Shown one piece after another: positions 21,551 to 31,664 of a DNA stretch of 64,000 bases. This DNA is from an uncultured Chloroflexia bacterium (GTDB lineage Bacteria; Chloroflexota; Limnocylindria; Limnocylindrales; CSP1-4): contig CAVYGH010000005.1 in NCBI GenBank assembly GCA_963767945.1, positions 67,790 through 131,789 of the forward strand, written 5' to 3'. Under the pieces are notes generated by a model, which was given only the letters and a program-made list of their open reading frames with translations, made no database searches and was not told the origin of the DNA. The position numbers were made by a program, and so were the translations under genes. The stretch's first letter is position 1, and each line of letters opens with the position of its first letter.

Positions 21551-22138
21551 ATGTCCATCGCCCCCCGGGCGTCGGCGAGCGTCGCTGCCGATGTCGAGGC
21601 CTGGCTCTCGGAGCTGGGCCTGGAGCCCCAGGAACGGGCCGACCGCGAGGGCGTCACGTCGTGGGACCTCGTCCTCGACGGCACCCGGCGGTCGGCGCTT
21701 CGGGTCACCCTGATCCTCGACCCGTCGCTCGCGCTGATCGCCTGGGGCCACTTCGCCCCGCCGATCAACGACAGCTTCCGCAAGTCGTACCGGCTGCTGC
21801 TGCGCTGGAACGACGAGACGCCGTTCGTGAAGTTCGCGGTGGGCGAGGACGAGCGGCCGGTGCTGATCGCCGAGATCCCGATCGGCGAGCTCGACCTGGA
21901 CGCGCTCGGCCTGGCCGTCGCGCGCCTGCTGGCCGTGGCCGACCGCCTGCACGAGCCCGCGACGACCTGGCTCAAGGGTGGGGCGTGGTCGATCGAGGCG
22001 CCCGCGACCGACGACGGCCCGGGCCCGCGGCTGCTGGACCGGTACGCCGAGGCGCTCGGCGAGCTGCTGGAGCCCGCGGAGACCGCCGAGCTCGCAGAGG
22101 CGGCGACGCCGGACGAGCCCGAAGAGGCGCGAGCATGA
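21551..22138 (+). CDS. YbjN-like (type III secretion chaperone-fold) cytoplasmic protein with an acidic tail
   Basis: Intact ORF. Typical YbjN-like pattern: WDLVLDGTRRSALRVTLILDPSLALIAWGHFAP...LLRWNDETPFVKFAV. Its stop overlaps the next ATG (ATGA). Confidence 0.6.
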   Translation: MSIAPRASASVAADVEAWLSELGLEPQERADREGVTSWDLVLDGTRRSALRVTLILDPSLALIAWGHFAPPINDSFRKSYRLLLRWNDETPFVKFAVGEDERPVLIAEIPIGELDLDALGLAVARLLAVADRLHEPATTWLKGGAWSIEAPATDDGPGPRLLDRYAEALGELLEPAETAELAEAATPDEPEEARA

Positions 22139-24198
22139 CGAGGTCGCCGTCGGCGTCGCGGCCGGGCGTCCGCGGGCGCCTCGTCATCGCCCTGTTCGTC
22201 GCCCTGCTGCTGGCCTGGCTCGCGCCGGTGACGGGCACGCTGCCGTCAACGCGGGCCGACGCGGCCGACACCGACCTCACGCTCGTCACCGACGCGACCT
22301 ACACCGTCCAGCCGTCGCACCGGCGCGTCCATGTCGCGGTCGCGATCGACGCGCGCAACCACCGGGGCGAGACGAAGACGCGCAAGTACTACTTCGACCA
22401 CGCGTTCCTCGCCGTCCAGCCCGGCGCGGGCGGCTTCGCGCTCTCGGGCGCCAAGGGCGCGACCGTGCGGGTCGCCGCGCGATCCGCGAACGCGACGCTG
22501 CTGCGGATCGACTTCGGGCAGCGCCTGTATGGGGGCCAGGACCGCTCGATGGTCCTCGCGTTCAACCTCGTCGACCCCGGCAAGCCGGCCAACCGCCAGG
22601 TGCGGGTGGGATCGGGCCTGGTCACGTTCCCGGTCTGGGCGTTCGCCTCCGACGGCGCGCGGGGCAGCCGGGTGCGGGTCCACTTCCCGGCCGGCTACGA
22701 CGTCGCGGTGCAGAGCGGCGACTTCGACGACCGCGACCGCACGACCGATGGCGGGGTCACGCTGTCGACGCAGCCGCTGGGCGAGCCGCTCACATACTTC
22801 GCCTACGTCGTCGGCCAGCGCGAGGCGGTCTACAAGGAGACGCCCCTGACCGTCGCTGCCGGCGACCGCGACGTGGCGCTGGTGATCCGCGGCTGGCGCG
22901 ACGATCCTGCCTGGGCGGGCCGGATCTCCGGCGTGTTCCGGAAGGCGCTTCCGGAGCTGAGCCGCGAGATCGGGCTGCCGTGGCCGGAGGACGAGCCGAC
23001 GGTCGTCCAGGAGGCGGTCAGCCGCGCCGCGGGCGGCTACGCCGGGCTGTTCGCGCCCGCCGATCGCCGGATCGAGGTCGCCTACTGGGCGGATCCGCTG
23101 GTCGTCCTCCACGAGGCGGCCCACGGCTGGTTCAACGGCGCGCTCGTGGCCGACCGCTGGGCGAGCGAGGGGTTCGCCTCGCTGTACGCGCAGCGTGCCG
23201 CGGGCAAGCTCAAGGTCCGCGACACGAGCCCGAAGCTCACGCCCGCCGTGAACAAGGCCGCCATCCCGCTCAACGGCTGGCCGAACACGATCGACACCGA
23301 GGGCGGCGCCGATCCGGTCGTCGAGACCTACGGCTACGCCGCGTCGCTCGCGCTGGCGCGCGGCGTCGCCAAGCGGGCCGGCGACGAGGCCCTGCAGCGG
23401 GTCTGGGCGGCGGCCGATGCGCGGATCGGCGCGTACCAGCCCGAGACGGCTGAGGCGTTCGGCGACAACGCCGGTGATCACGAGACCGTCGACGGGCCGC
23501 CGGACTGGCGCGGGCTGCTCGACCTGCTGGAGTCCGAGACCGGCCAGGACTTCACCGACCTGTGGCGCAAGTGGGTCGTCCGGCCCGAGGAGTCCGCCCT
23601 CCTCGACGCACGCGACGAGGCCCGTACCGCGTACGCCCGGACGATCGCGCTGGCGGGCGACTGGCGGCTGCCGCGCGGGATCCGCGACGCGCTGCGGGCA
23701 TGGCAGTTCGACTCCGCGATGCGGCAGCTCGCCGACGCGCGCACCATCCTGGCCCAGCGCGGCGCCATCGAGTCGCTGGCCGATCGCGGCGGGCTGACGC
23801 TCCCCCCGGGCGTCCAGCAGCGGTTCGCCGCGGGCGACATGATCGGCGCCTCGCGCGAGGCGGAGGCGGAGCGCAACGCGATGCTGTCGGTGATGGAGGC
23901 GGCCGACGCGCGTGTCCAGGAGGACGACGTGCTGAGCCGGATCGGGATGCTGGGCGAGGACCCGGAGGCGGACCTCGTCGCCGCCGAGGCCGCGTTCGCC
24001 GCGGGCGACCTGTCCGGCGCGCAGGCGGCCGCGGACGACGCCTATCGCGCCTGGACCGCCGCCTCGCAGGAGGGACGCCGGCGCGCGCTGCTCGGCCTCG
24101 CGGTGCTGGCCGGCGTGCTCGTCCTCACCGCCGCCGTCGCCGGCCGCGCGCGGGCCGCGCGTCGCGAACGGACGGCGGCCGCCGCCGCCGGGTCCTGA
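22135..24198 (+). CDS. Membrane-anchored secreted HExxH metalloprotein, M1-like gluzincin, paralog A
   Basis: Frame of ORF 21661..24198, from ATG 22135. N-terminal signal/anchor LVIALFVALLLAWLAPV. VLHEAAHGWFNGALVADRWASEGFA. C-terminal TM LLGLAVLAGVLVLTAAVAG. Confidence 0.75.
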   Translation: MTRSPSASRPGVRGRLVIALFVALLLAWLAPVTGTLPSTRADAADTDLTLVTDATYTVQPSHRRVHVAVAIDARNHRGETKTRKYYFDHAFLAVQPGAGGFALSGAKGATVRVAARSANATLLRIDFGQRLYGGQDRSMVLAFNLVDPGKPANRQVRVGSGLVTFPVWAFASDGARGSRVRVHFPAGYDVAVQSGDFDDRDRTTDGGVTLSTQPLGEPLTYFAYVVGQREAVYKETPLTVAAGDRDVALVIRGWRDDPAWAGRISGVFRKALPELSREIGLPWPEDEPTVVQEAVSRAAGGYAGLFAPADRRIEVAYWADPLVVLHEAAHGWFNGALVADRWASEGFASLYAQRAAGKLKVRDTSPKLTPAVNKAAIPLNGWPNTIDTEGGADPVVETYGYAASLALARGVAKRAGDEALQRVWAAADARIGAYQPETAEAFGDNAGDHETVDGPPDWRGLLDLLESETGQDFTDLWRKWVVRPEESALLDARDEARTAYARTIALAGDWRLPRGIRDALRAWQFDSAMRQLADARTILAQRGAIESLADRGGLTLPPGVQQRFAAGDMIGASREAEAERNAMLSVMEAADARVQEDDVLSRIGMLGEDPEADLVAAEAAFAAGDLSGAQAAADDAYRAWTAASQEGRRRALLGLAVLAGVLVLTAAVAGRARAARRERTAAAAAGS

Positions 24199-24207
24199 CA
24201 CCGAGCC

Positions 24208-26409
24208 ATGCGGATGCCGGGGGTCGCGAGATCGGCGCTCATCGCCACGGCGTTCGCGGGCGCCCTGTCGGTGCTCGCGGCGGTCGCCCCGCCCGCGGCC
24301 TCGCCGGCGCTCCCGTTCCTGGCGGCGATCGACGCCCCGGTCGCGCTCGCCGCCGACGACCTCGCGGTCACGACCAAGGCGCGCTACGTCGTCGCGCCGG
24401 CCAAAGGCGTCGTCAAGGTCGCGGTCGACGTCGCGGTCGTCAACCAGAAGCCGAACGGCGTATCGGGCGGCGTCGTGACCCGCTACTTCTACGACAGCGT
24501 GAACATCGGGGTGCAGCTCGAGGCGACCCACCTCCGGGCGACCCAGGACGGTGCGCCGGTCCGGGTCAGCAGCTCGACGCGCAAGAACTTCCGCCTCGTC
24601 ACGATCGCGTTCCGCGACGACATCTACCTCGGCGAGACGGCCCGCGTCCGGCTCCAGTTCGACCTGCCGGCAGGCGAGCCGCGCTCGGACAGCGACGTCC
24701 GCGTCGGGCCGGCGTTCGCGACGTTCCTCGCCTGGGCGTTCGGGGATCGGGGGAGCGTCCGGATCGACATCCCGAAGGCCTTCGACGTCGACGTGTCGGG
24801 CGAGGACATGGCCACCCAGACGACCGCCAACCTCAAGGTGCTGACCGCCACGACCGACAACGCCATCGGCTGGTACGCGTGGATCAACGCCCGCAACGAC
24901 GATGGCCTGACGCGCGAGCGCCTGGAGCTCGCGGACGGCGAGCAGGTCGTCGTCCGCGGCTGGCCCGAGGACTCGCGCTGGCGGCGGCGGGTGTCGGCGA
25001 TTCTGTCCGACAGCGTCCCCGACCTGGCCGGGCGGATCGGGCTGCCGTGGCCGGTGGACGGGCCGCTGAACGTGCTCGAGGTCCACACGCCGCTGTTGGA
25101 GGGCTACGCGGGCTTCTACGACCCGAAGAGCGACGAGATCACGATCAGCGAGAACCTCGACGACCTCACGATCGTGCACGAGGCGTCGCACGCGTGGTTC
25201 AACAATGGCCTGTTCAGCGAGCGCTGGATCAACGAGGGGCTCGCCGAGGAGTACGCGTCGCGCGTCCTCGCCGCCGGAACGCGCGGCAAGGTCGACCCGG
25301 CGCCCGTCAGCCCGTCCGCGAAGGCGGCCTTCCCGCTCGAGCGATGGTCGCCGCCGGCCCCGATCCGCGACCCGCAGAGCGACGCCCGCGAGCAGTTCGG
25401 CTACGACGCCTCGTGGACGGTGATCCGGGCGATCCTCGAGGAGGCCGGCGAGGACGGCATGCGCAAGGTGTTCCGGGCGGCCGAGGACGGCACGACGGCG
25501 TACCCGGGCGACGGCACGCCGGAGGCCGCGGCCCTGCCCAACGACTGGCGCCGGTTCCTCGACCTCGCCGAGGAGCTCGGCGGCGTCGGGGTGGCGGCCA
25601 GCCTGTTCGAGACGTGGGTGCTGCCCAAGGACGAGGCGGGCCAGCTCGCGGATCGCGCGGCCGCGCGGGCGGCGTACCGGGACCTCGCGGCCGCGGACGG
25701 CGACTGGGCGTCGCCGCCGGCCGTGCGCCTCGCGCTCGACTCGTGGTCGTTCGACCAGGCCGATGCGCGGATCGACGAGGCTGCGGGGATCGTCCAACAG
25801 TGGGACGAGACGGAGGCGCTCGCCGCCGCGAACGGCCTCACCCCGCCGAACGAGCTCGAGGCCGCCTACGAGACCGCGAGCTCCACGGCCGAACTCTCGA
25901 CGGCGTCGGCGCTGGCGGCGAACCTGCAGTCGTCGCTGGCGACCCTGGTCGAGGCGGACGATGCGGCCGACGCCCCGCGCGACTGGCTGACCACCCTGGG
26001 TCTCAGCGGCAAGGACCCCGACGCGGACCTGGCCGCCGCGCGCTCGGCGTGGCAGGCGGGCGACCTCGCCGAGGCGAACGAGCGTGCCGCGCTGGTCGCG
26101 GGCACGATCGGGGTCGCACCCGAGGCGGGCCGCGGGCGCGCGATCGTCATCGGCGGCGTGGCGACGCTGATCGGGATCCTGCTCCTCGTGCTGATGGTCG
26201 TCGCCGTCGTCCGATGGCGAGGCCGATCGCGGGCGCCGAGCGGGGCCTTCGCCACGACCGGTCCGGACGTCTGGTCCGCGCCCCCGGACGACTCGGCGAT
26301 GCCGGTCGACGCGACGGTGACGGCCGGAGAGCCGCCGACCCCGGGACCCGCGTCGACGTGGGACCCGCCTCCGTCACCCCCGCCGCTGGATCCCGGCGAC
26401 CGCCCCTGA
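24208..26409 (+). CDS. Membrane-anchored secreted HExxH metalloprotein, M1-like gluzincin, paralog B, with a Pro-rich cytoplasmic tail
   Basis: Intact ORF. Signal peptide. IVHEASHAWFNNGLFSERWINEGLAEEYA. C-terminal TM VIGGVATLIGILLLVLMVVAVV. Collinear with paralog A. Confidence 0.75.
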   Translation: MRMPGVARSALIATAFAGALSVLAAVAPPAASPALPFLAAIDAPVALAADDLAVTTKARYVVAPAKGVVKVAVDVAVVNQKPNGVSGGVVTRYFYDSVNIGVQLEATHLRATQDGAPVRVSSSTRKNFRLVTIAFRDDIYLGETARVRLQFDLPAGEPRSDSDVRVGPAFATFLAWAFGDRGSVRIDIPKAFDVDVSGEDMATQTTANLKVLTATTDNAIGWYAWINARNDDGLTRERLELADGEQVVVRGWPEDSRWRRRVSAILSDSVPDLAGRIGLPWPVDGPLNVLEVHTPLLEGYAGFYDPKSDEITISENLDDLTIVHEASHAWFNNGLFSERWINEGLAEEYASRVLAAGTRGKVDPAPVSPSAKAAFPLERWSPPAPIRDPQSDAREQFGYDASWTVIRAILEEAGEDGMRKVFRAAEDGTTAYPGDGTPEAAALPNDWRRFLDLAEELGGVGVAASLFETWVLPKDEAGQLADRAAARAAYRDLAAADGDWASPPAVRLALDSWSFDQADARIDEAAGIVQQWDETEALAAANGLTPPNELEAAYETASSTAELSTASALAANLQSSLATLVEADDAADAPRDWLTTLGLSGKDPDADLAAARSAWQAGDLAEANERAALVAGTIGVAPEAGRGRAIVIGGVATLIGILLLVLMVVAVVRWRGRSRAPSGAFATTGPDVWSAPPDDSAMPVDATVTAGEPPTPGPASTWDPPPSPPPLDPGDRP

Positions 26410-26461
26410 CCGGACCCTTCGTACCGGGGCGCGTTCGCGGCAACCGTGGCAGGATCGGCCG

Positions 26462-26884
26462 ATGCACGAGGAGCGGCCGGCCCGCGACGAGGCCCGTCCG
26501 ACCGACGAGCGCGAGTCCGCCTACGACCTGCTGCAGCGCGGCCAGGCCCTGCTGCAACGCCACCACAACGCCCAGGCCGCCGTCGTGCTCGAGCGCGCCG
26601 CCCGGCTCGAGCCGGGCAAGGCGTCGATCCTCGAAGCGCTCGGTCGCGCGTACTTCAACTCCGCCCAGACCGAGCGGTCACGCGAGACGTTCGAGGCCAT
26701 GCTCGAGATCGACCCCTCGGCCCACTACGCCCACTACGCCCTCGGCCAGAGCCTGAAGCGCCTGGGCCGGACCAGCGAGGCGCGCACCCACCTGCGGCTG
26801 GCGGTCGCGCTCGCGCCATCGTCCGAGCTCTATCGGTCCGCGCTTGCGCGCCTCCCCGCCCCGCGCGACAAGGCCGCCGACTAG
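26462..26884 (+). CDS. Small TPR-repeat protein
   Basis: Intact ORF. TPR-like helices: AAVVLERAARLEPGKASILEALGRAYFNS and FEAMLEIDPSAHYAHYALGQSL. Confidence 0.7.
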   Translation: MHEERPARDEARPTDERESAYDLLQRGQALLQRHHNAQAAVVLERAARLEPGKASILEALGRAYFNSAQTERSRETFEAMLEIDPSAHYAHYALGQSLKRLGRTSEARTHLRLAVALAPSSELYRSALARLPAPRDKAAD

Positions 26885-26932
26885 CGGAGCTCGATCCTCG
26901 CCCGGGCCGGCACCGGCGGCTCGATCGGTCCG

Positions 26933-28096
26933 TCAGGCCGGCCGGACGTCGACCCGGTGCCCGTCCAGGAAGAACCCGTTGCGGAGCGCGACCCGGCTGA
27001 AGGCATCGAGCTGATCGGGCAGGAACGCCGAGGCCGGGACGAGGAGCGTCGTTCCGCCGACGAACTTGATGAACAGGTAGGGCCCGTTCCGCGAGATTCG
27101 GTCGATTCCCGCCCATCGGATGTCGCTCTCGCCGGCGACCCAGCGTGCGCGGATGCCGTCCGCGTCGAAGGCCAGCTGGAGGTCGGCGAGCAGGTCGCGC
27201 CGCTTGCGGATCGACCACAGCGCGAACGGGACGGCGAACAGGCCCGTCAGGAACGACACCCCGAGGACGAGGCAGCCGAGCCAGATCCAGGCGTCCGACG
27301 CGAGCAGCCAGTTGACCACGGCGAGCACAAGGAACAGTAGCCCGAAGGCCAGCGCGGAACGCGGCGAGCGGAAGAACCGCGCGTTCGCGAGCGCGAACTG
27401 CCTCGTCGTGAAGCCGTAGCGGACGACGCCCGCCAGGTCGGGGGCTTCGCGGTCGGGCGTCGCCGCGACGGGTGCGGCCGCGCCGTCTCCCACGGCGTCC
27501 GGTGGCGCGGTTCCCCTCCGCAGGCGGTCGAGCCACAGGATCCCGAGGATCGACTTCGCGTCGCGGATCTCGCCCCGCTCGACCATGGCGATCGCGTCCG
27601 ACAGCGGCACGTGCCGGAGCTCGAGGCGCTCGTCCTCGTCGGGCGTCAGCCGGTCGTCCTCGCCGGCCACGCCGGTCATGCCGGTCGCGAGGTAGAGGTG
27701 CATCAGCTCGGTCGCGAAGCCCGGGGCCGTCCAGAACGCGGCCAGCTTTCGCCAGTCGCGCGCCCGATGGCCGGTCTCCTCCTCGAGCTCGCGCCGCGCG
27801 CACAGGTCCGGGTCCTCGGTGACCCCGTCGTGCACCTCGAGCGTGCCGGCCGGGATCTCGAGCAGCGCGCCGTCCGCCGGGACGCGCCACTGGCGGACCA
27901 TCAGCAGCCGGTCCGCGTCGTCGAGCGCGAGCACCGCGACCGCCCCGGGGTGGCCGACGACGTCGCGCGTCGCGCGCGAACCGTCCGGCCGGTCGATCGT
28001 GTCCACCCGGAACTCCAGGTAGCGGCCGCGGTGGATCACCTCGGTCGCGACCACGCGCTCCTCGAGCGGGTCGGCAGGCACGGCCCCTCCCGTCAA
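26933..28096 (-). CDS. NUDIX hydrolase (ADP-ribose pyrophosphatase-like) fused to a C-terminal 2-TM YcxB/bPH-like domain
   Basis: Nudix box GTLEVHDGVTEDPDLCARRELEEETG. Then TM helices (ALAFGLLFLVLAVVNWLL, IWLGCLVLGVSFLTGLFAVPFAL) and ...IRWAGIDRISRNGPYLFIKFVGGTTLLVPASAF. Start is TTG 28096 or GTG 28081. Confidence 0.75.
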   Translation of the reverse strand: MTGGAVPADPLEERVVATEVIHRGRYLEFRVDTIDRPDGSRATRDVVGHPGAVAVLALDDADRLLMVRQWRVPADGALLEIPAGTLEVHDGVTEDPDLCARRELEEETGHRARDWRKLAAFWTAPGFATELMHLYLATGMTGVAGEDDRLTPDEDERLELRHVPLSDAIAMVERGEIRDAKSILGILWLDRLRRGTAPPDAVGDGAAAPVAATPDREAPDLAGVVRYGFTTRQFALANARFFRSPRSALAFGLLFLVLAVVNWLLASDAWIWLGCLVLGVSFLTGLFAVPFALWSIRKRRDLLADLQLAFDADGIRARWVAGESDIRWAGIDRISRNGPYLFIKFVGGTTLLVPASAFLPDQLDAFSRVALRNGFFLDGHRVDVRPA

Positions 28097-28163
28097 CGCA
28101 ACGCGGCCGGCCCGTCGATGACGAGCCGGCCGCGAGTTGGAACGAAGGATCGACGGGCGCGCC

Positions 28164-29276
28164 TCAGGCGGCGGCCGCCTCGCGCATCTTGGCCAGCGAG
28201 TCGCCGGTCTCGGAGTTGAACAGGTGGAGCTTGTCGCCCGGCAGCTTCAGCTGGACGACGTCGCCCGGTCGGACCCGGTGCGACGAGTCGACGATCGCGA
28301 CGACCTCGTTGCCGTCGACCGTCACGTGGAGCAGCTCCTCGTTGCCGAGGTACTCGACGACGTCGGCGGTGCCCTGCAGGGTCGCGACCGGGGCGGGGAT
28401 GGTCGCTCAGCTCGAGGTGCTCGGGGCGGAAGCCCGCGATCACCTTGTCGCCGACGCTCTGGAGCGCCTCGCGATAGCTCTGCGGGATCGGGAACCGGAT
28501 GAGCGCCATCGCTGAGCTCGGCCTGGCCGCCGACGCCGGTCGGCCAGCTCGACGAAGTTCATCGCCGGGCTGCCGATGAAGCCCGCGACGAAGCGGTTGA
28601 TCGGCGTGTCGTACAGCTGCTGCGGCGTGCCAACCTGCTGGAGCAGGCCCTCGCTCATGACGGCGATCCGCTGGCCCATCGTCATCGCCTCGACCTGGTC
28701 GTGGGTGACGTAGACCATCGTCGTCCCGAGGCGCTGGTGGAGCCGCGCGATCTCCGCGCGCGTCTGCACGCGCAGCTTCGCGTCGAGGTTGGACAGCGGC
28801 TCGTCCATGAGGAACACGGCCGGCTCGCGGACGATCGCCCGCCCGAGCGCGACGCGCTGCCGCTGGCCGCCGGACAGCTCCTTGGGCTTGCGGTCGAGCA
28901 GCTTCTCGAGCTGCAGGATTCCCGCCGCCTCGTTGATGCGCTTCTCGATCTCCGGCTTCGGGACCTTGCGCAGCTTGAGGCCGAACGCGAGGTTGTCGCG
29001 GACCGACATGTGCGGGTAGAGCGCGTAGCTCTGGAACACCATCGCGATGTCGCGGTCCTTGGGGGCGACGTCGTTGACGACCTTGTCGCCGATGCGGAGC
29101 GTGCCCTCCGAGATCTCCTCGAGGCCGGCGATCATCCGCAGGCTGGTCGTCTTGCCGCAACCCGACGGGCCGACGAGCACCATGAACTCGCCGTCACCGA
29201 TCTCGAGGTTGAGGTCCGACACGGCGGTCACGTCGCCGTACTTCTTGAACACGTGATCGAACGTCACGGTCGCCAT
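28164..29276 (-). CDS. Sugar-type ABC transporter ATP-binding protein (MsiK/UgpC/MalK-like); C-terminal regulatory domain broken by about 3 frame changes (28405..28540)
   Basis: Walker [10 protein letters not shown], signature LSGGQRQR and Walker [12 protein letters not shown] are in ORF 28440..29276. The C-terminal pieces [33 protein letters not shown] and [31 protein letters not shown]...[10 protein letters not shown] are in other frames. Confidence 0.85.
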
Positions 29277-29481
29277 CGTTGCCTCCTGCCCGTCCGGGTC
29301 ATCGCGGGCTCATGCATCCGGCCGTCGAACGAGCGACGGACTCGGACGAGCCCCGTACGAGGTGCTGGCTCGGGCTGGCCGCATCGTACGAGTCCGGGGC
29401 CCGCCGGCGCAACGTGCAGGGGCATGACAAATGCGTGTGGACCGGCGGCGAGGCGCCGGAAGACGGACGTATCGTTCGGGC

Positions 29482-31143
29482 ATGAGCGAGCACCCGCGTG
29501 CCGGGCAGCCGGCCGAGCCCGGCGATCTCGTCGACGTCGATGCCCTGGTCGGCGCCTACCACGACCTCCGTCCGGATCCGTCGGATCCCGCCCAGCGGGT
29601 CGCGTTCGGGACGTCGGGCCACCGGGGCTCCGCGTTCAAGGGAGCCTTCAACGAGGCCCACATCCTGGCCACGACCGAGGCCATCTGCCGCTACCGGACG
29701 TCGCAGGGGACTACGGGGCCCCTGTTCATCGGCCGCGACACGCACGCCCTGTCGGAGCCCGCCTGGCGGACCGCGCTCGAGGTCCTGGTGGCCAATGGCG
29801 TCGACGTGCGGATCGACGCGTCCGACGGCTTCACGCCGACACCGGCCGTGTCGCACGCGATCCTGGTCCGAAACGGCGGGTTCCGCGGGCATCCGCAGCG
29901 GCTGGGCCTCGCCGACGGCATCGTCGTGACGCCCTCGCACAACCCGCCCGAGGACGGCGGCTTCAAGTACAACCCGCCCAACGGCGGCCCCGCCGACACG
30001 GACGTCACGCGCTGGATCCAGGACGAGGCGAACCGGATCCTCGAGGGGTCGGGCCCCGACGGCATCGACGGGATCGCGCGAGTGCCGTTCGAGCGCGCCC
30101 ACGCCGGCGCCGAGCGCACCGACTTCCGGGCGGCGTACGTCGACGGGCTGCAGTTCGTCGTCGACATGGAGGCCATCGCGGCGTCCGGGTTGCGCCTCGG
30201 CGTGGACCCGCTGGGTGGAGCGGCCGTCGACTACTGGGCGGCGATCGGCGAGCGCTACGGCCTGGACCTGACCGTCACCAACCCGACGGTCGACCCGACG
30301 TTCGGCTTCATGACCCTCGACTGGGACGGCCGGATCCGGATGGACCCGTCGTCGCGCTTCGCGATGGCCGGGCTGGTGGGCCTGCGCGACCGGTTCGACC
30401 TCGCCCTGGGCAACGACGCCGATGCCGACCGCCACGGGATCGTCGTCCCGGGCGCGGGGCTGATGAACCCCAACCACGTGCTGGCGGCGGCGATCTCGTA
30501 CCTGTTCGGCGGTCACCGGGACTGGGGAAGCAGCGTCGCGGTCGGCAAGACGCTCGTGTCGTCATCGATCATCGACCGGGTCGTCGCCGACCTCGGCCGG
30601 CGGCTGGTCGAGGTGCCGGTGGGCTTCAAGTGGTTCGTCGACGGGCTGGTCGACGGCTCGATCGGGTTCGGGGGCGAGGAGAGCGCCGGCGCCTCGTTCC
30701 TGCGCCGGGACGGGAGCGTCTGGACCACGGACAAGGACGGGATCACCGCCTGCCTGCTGGCGGCCGAGCTGACCGCGACGCTGGGGCGCAACCCGGCCGA
30801 GGTCTACGCGGGGCTGACGGAGCGCTTCGGGGCCCCCGCCTACCGCCGGATCGACGCCCCGGCGACGCCCGAGCAGAAGGCGCGCCTGGGGCGCCTCTCG
30901 GCATCCGACATCACCGCGATTGCGTTGGGTGGCGATCCGATCACCGCGGTCCTGACCCACGCTTCGGGCAACGGGGCGCCGATCGGCGGACTGAAGGTCA
31001 CGACCGACGAGGCGTGGTTCGCGGCGCGCCCATCGGGAACGGAGAACGTGACCAAGCTGTACGCGGAGAGCTTCCGCGGCGAGGCGCACCTCGGCCGGGT
31101 GCTCGACGAGGCGGCGGCGATCGTGGCGGCGGCGGCGTCCTAG
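29482..31143 (+). CDS. pgm: Phosphoglucomutase (alpha-D-glucose-phosphate specific)
   Basis: ORF 29431..31143 read from MSEHPRAG. Motifs: [29 protein letters not shown] and ARPSGTE. Confidence 0.9.
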   Translation: MSEHPRAGQPAEPGDLVDVDALVGAYHDLRPDPSDPAQRVAFGTSGHRGSAFKGAFNEAHILATTEAICRYRTSQGTTGPLFIGRDTHALSEPAWRTALEVLVANGVDVRIDASDGFTPTPAVSHAILVRNGGFRGHPQRLGLADGIVVTPSHNPPEDGGFKYNPPNGGPADTDVTRWIQDEANRILEGSGPDGIDGIARVPFERAHAGAERTDFRAAYVDGLQFVVDMEAIAASGLRLGVDPLGGAAVDYWAAIGERYGLDLTVTNPTVDPTFGFMTLDWDGRIRMDPSSRFAMAGLVGLRDRFDLALGNDADADRHGIVVPGAGLMNPNHVLAAAISYLFGGHRDWGSSVAVGKTLVSSSIIDRVVADLGRRLVEVPVGFKWFVDGLVDGSIGFGGEESAGASFLRRDGSVWTTDKDGITACLLAAELTATLGRNPAEVYAGLTERFGAPAYRRIDAPATPEQKARLGRLSASDITAIALGGDPITAVLTHASGNGAPIGGLKVTTDEAWFAARPSGTENVTKLYAESFRGEAHLGRVLDEAAAIVAAAAS

Positions 31144-31177
31144 CCGTCGACGGCGATCGTGGCGGCAGGCGGGCCAA

Positions 31178-31211
31178 GGCGCCGCCGACGTCGGGGTTCG
31201 TCGGCGGCGCC
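31178..31211 (+). terminator. Perfect 12-bp GC-rich hairpin (GGCGCCGCCGAC-N10-GTCGGCGGCGCC) 35 nt after the pgm stop
   Basis: The inverted repeat was read directly from the sequence. There is no U-tract, which is common for high-GC actinobacterial terminators. Confidence 0.45.
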
Positions 31212-31283
31212 AGGCACTGGCCGGGACCTTGCGGTCGGCCTGCGGTGACGGATCGCGGGCGCCGTTCGAGGAGCCGGAGCTGG

Positions 31284-31424
31284 CTAGCGGCGGGCGCGGA
31301 GCGCGTAGATGCGCTGCGAGAGGGTGCCCTCGCTTGCCTGCCGGCAGTGCGCGCAGGTGACGAGCGCGGCGGAGTGGCGGGCGTGATCGACGGCGATGGG
31401 GGCCGGGCGGGTGGGCTTGGTCAT
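31284..31424 (-). CDS. Possible 46-aa small protein with an H-x2-H...C-x2-C pattern (below the ORF-track cutoff)
   Basis: Translation: MTKPTRPAPIAVDHARHSAALVTCAHCRQASEGTLSQRIYALRARR. GAGG lies about 10 nt upstream of the ATG. This is the only protein-like ORF in a 520-bp gap. Confidence 0.25.
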   Translation of the reverse strand: MTKPTRPAPIAVDHARHSAALVTCAHCRQASEGTLSQRIYALRARR

Positions 31425-31664
31425 GGCGGCGGGACCTCGTGATCGGCGGTTCGTTGGGTCGCGGCGGGAGGGCTCGCAACGCCGGTCATCGTCCGTCGCG
31501 GGCGGGGAGCATCGACATGGACGTCCGTCGATTCCGGATGCCGACGCCCGTCGCCACTAGTCCGATCGGCGGCTCGCGGGTGGGACCGTTGCCCGGCTGC
31601 CCCGGACCCGGTCCTCGCGGACACTGGGCGCCCAGGCCACCGACGCGTCCGCGGATGGACGCCC

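Noticed and set aside
22246-25797. 1183-aa ORF on the minus strand
   Set aside because: It is antisense to the two well-supported HExxH genes. Its composition is dominated by Arg/Gly/Pro/Asp, typical of non-coding frames in high-GC DNA.
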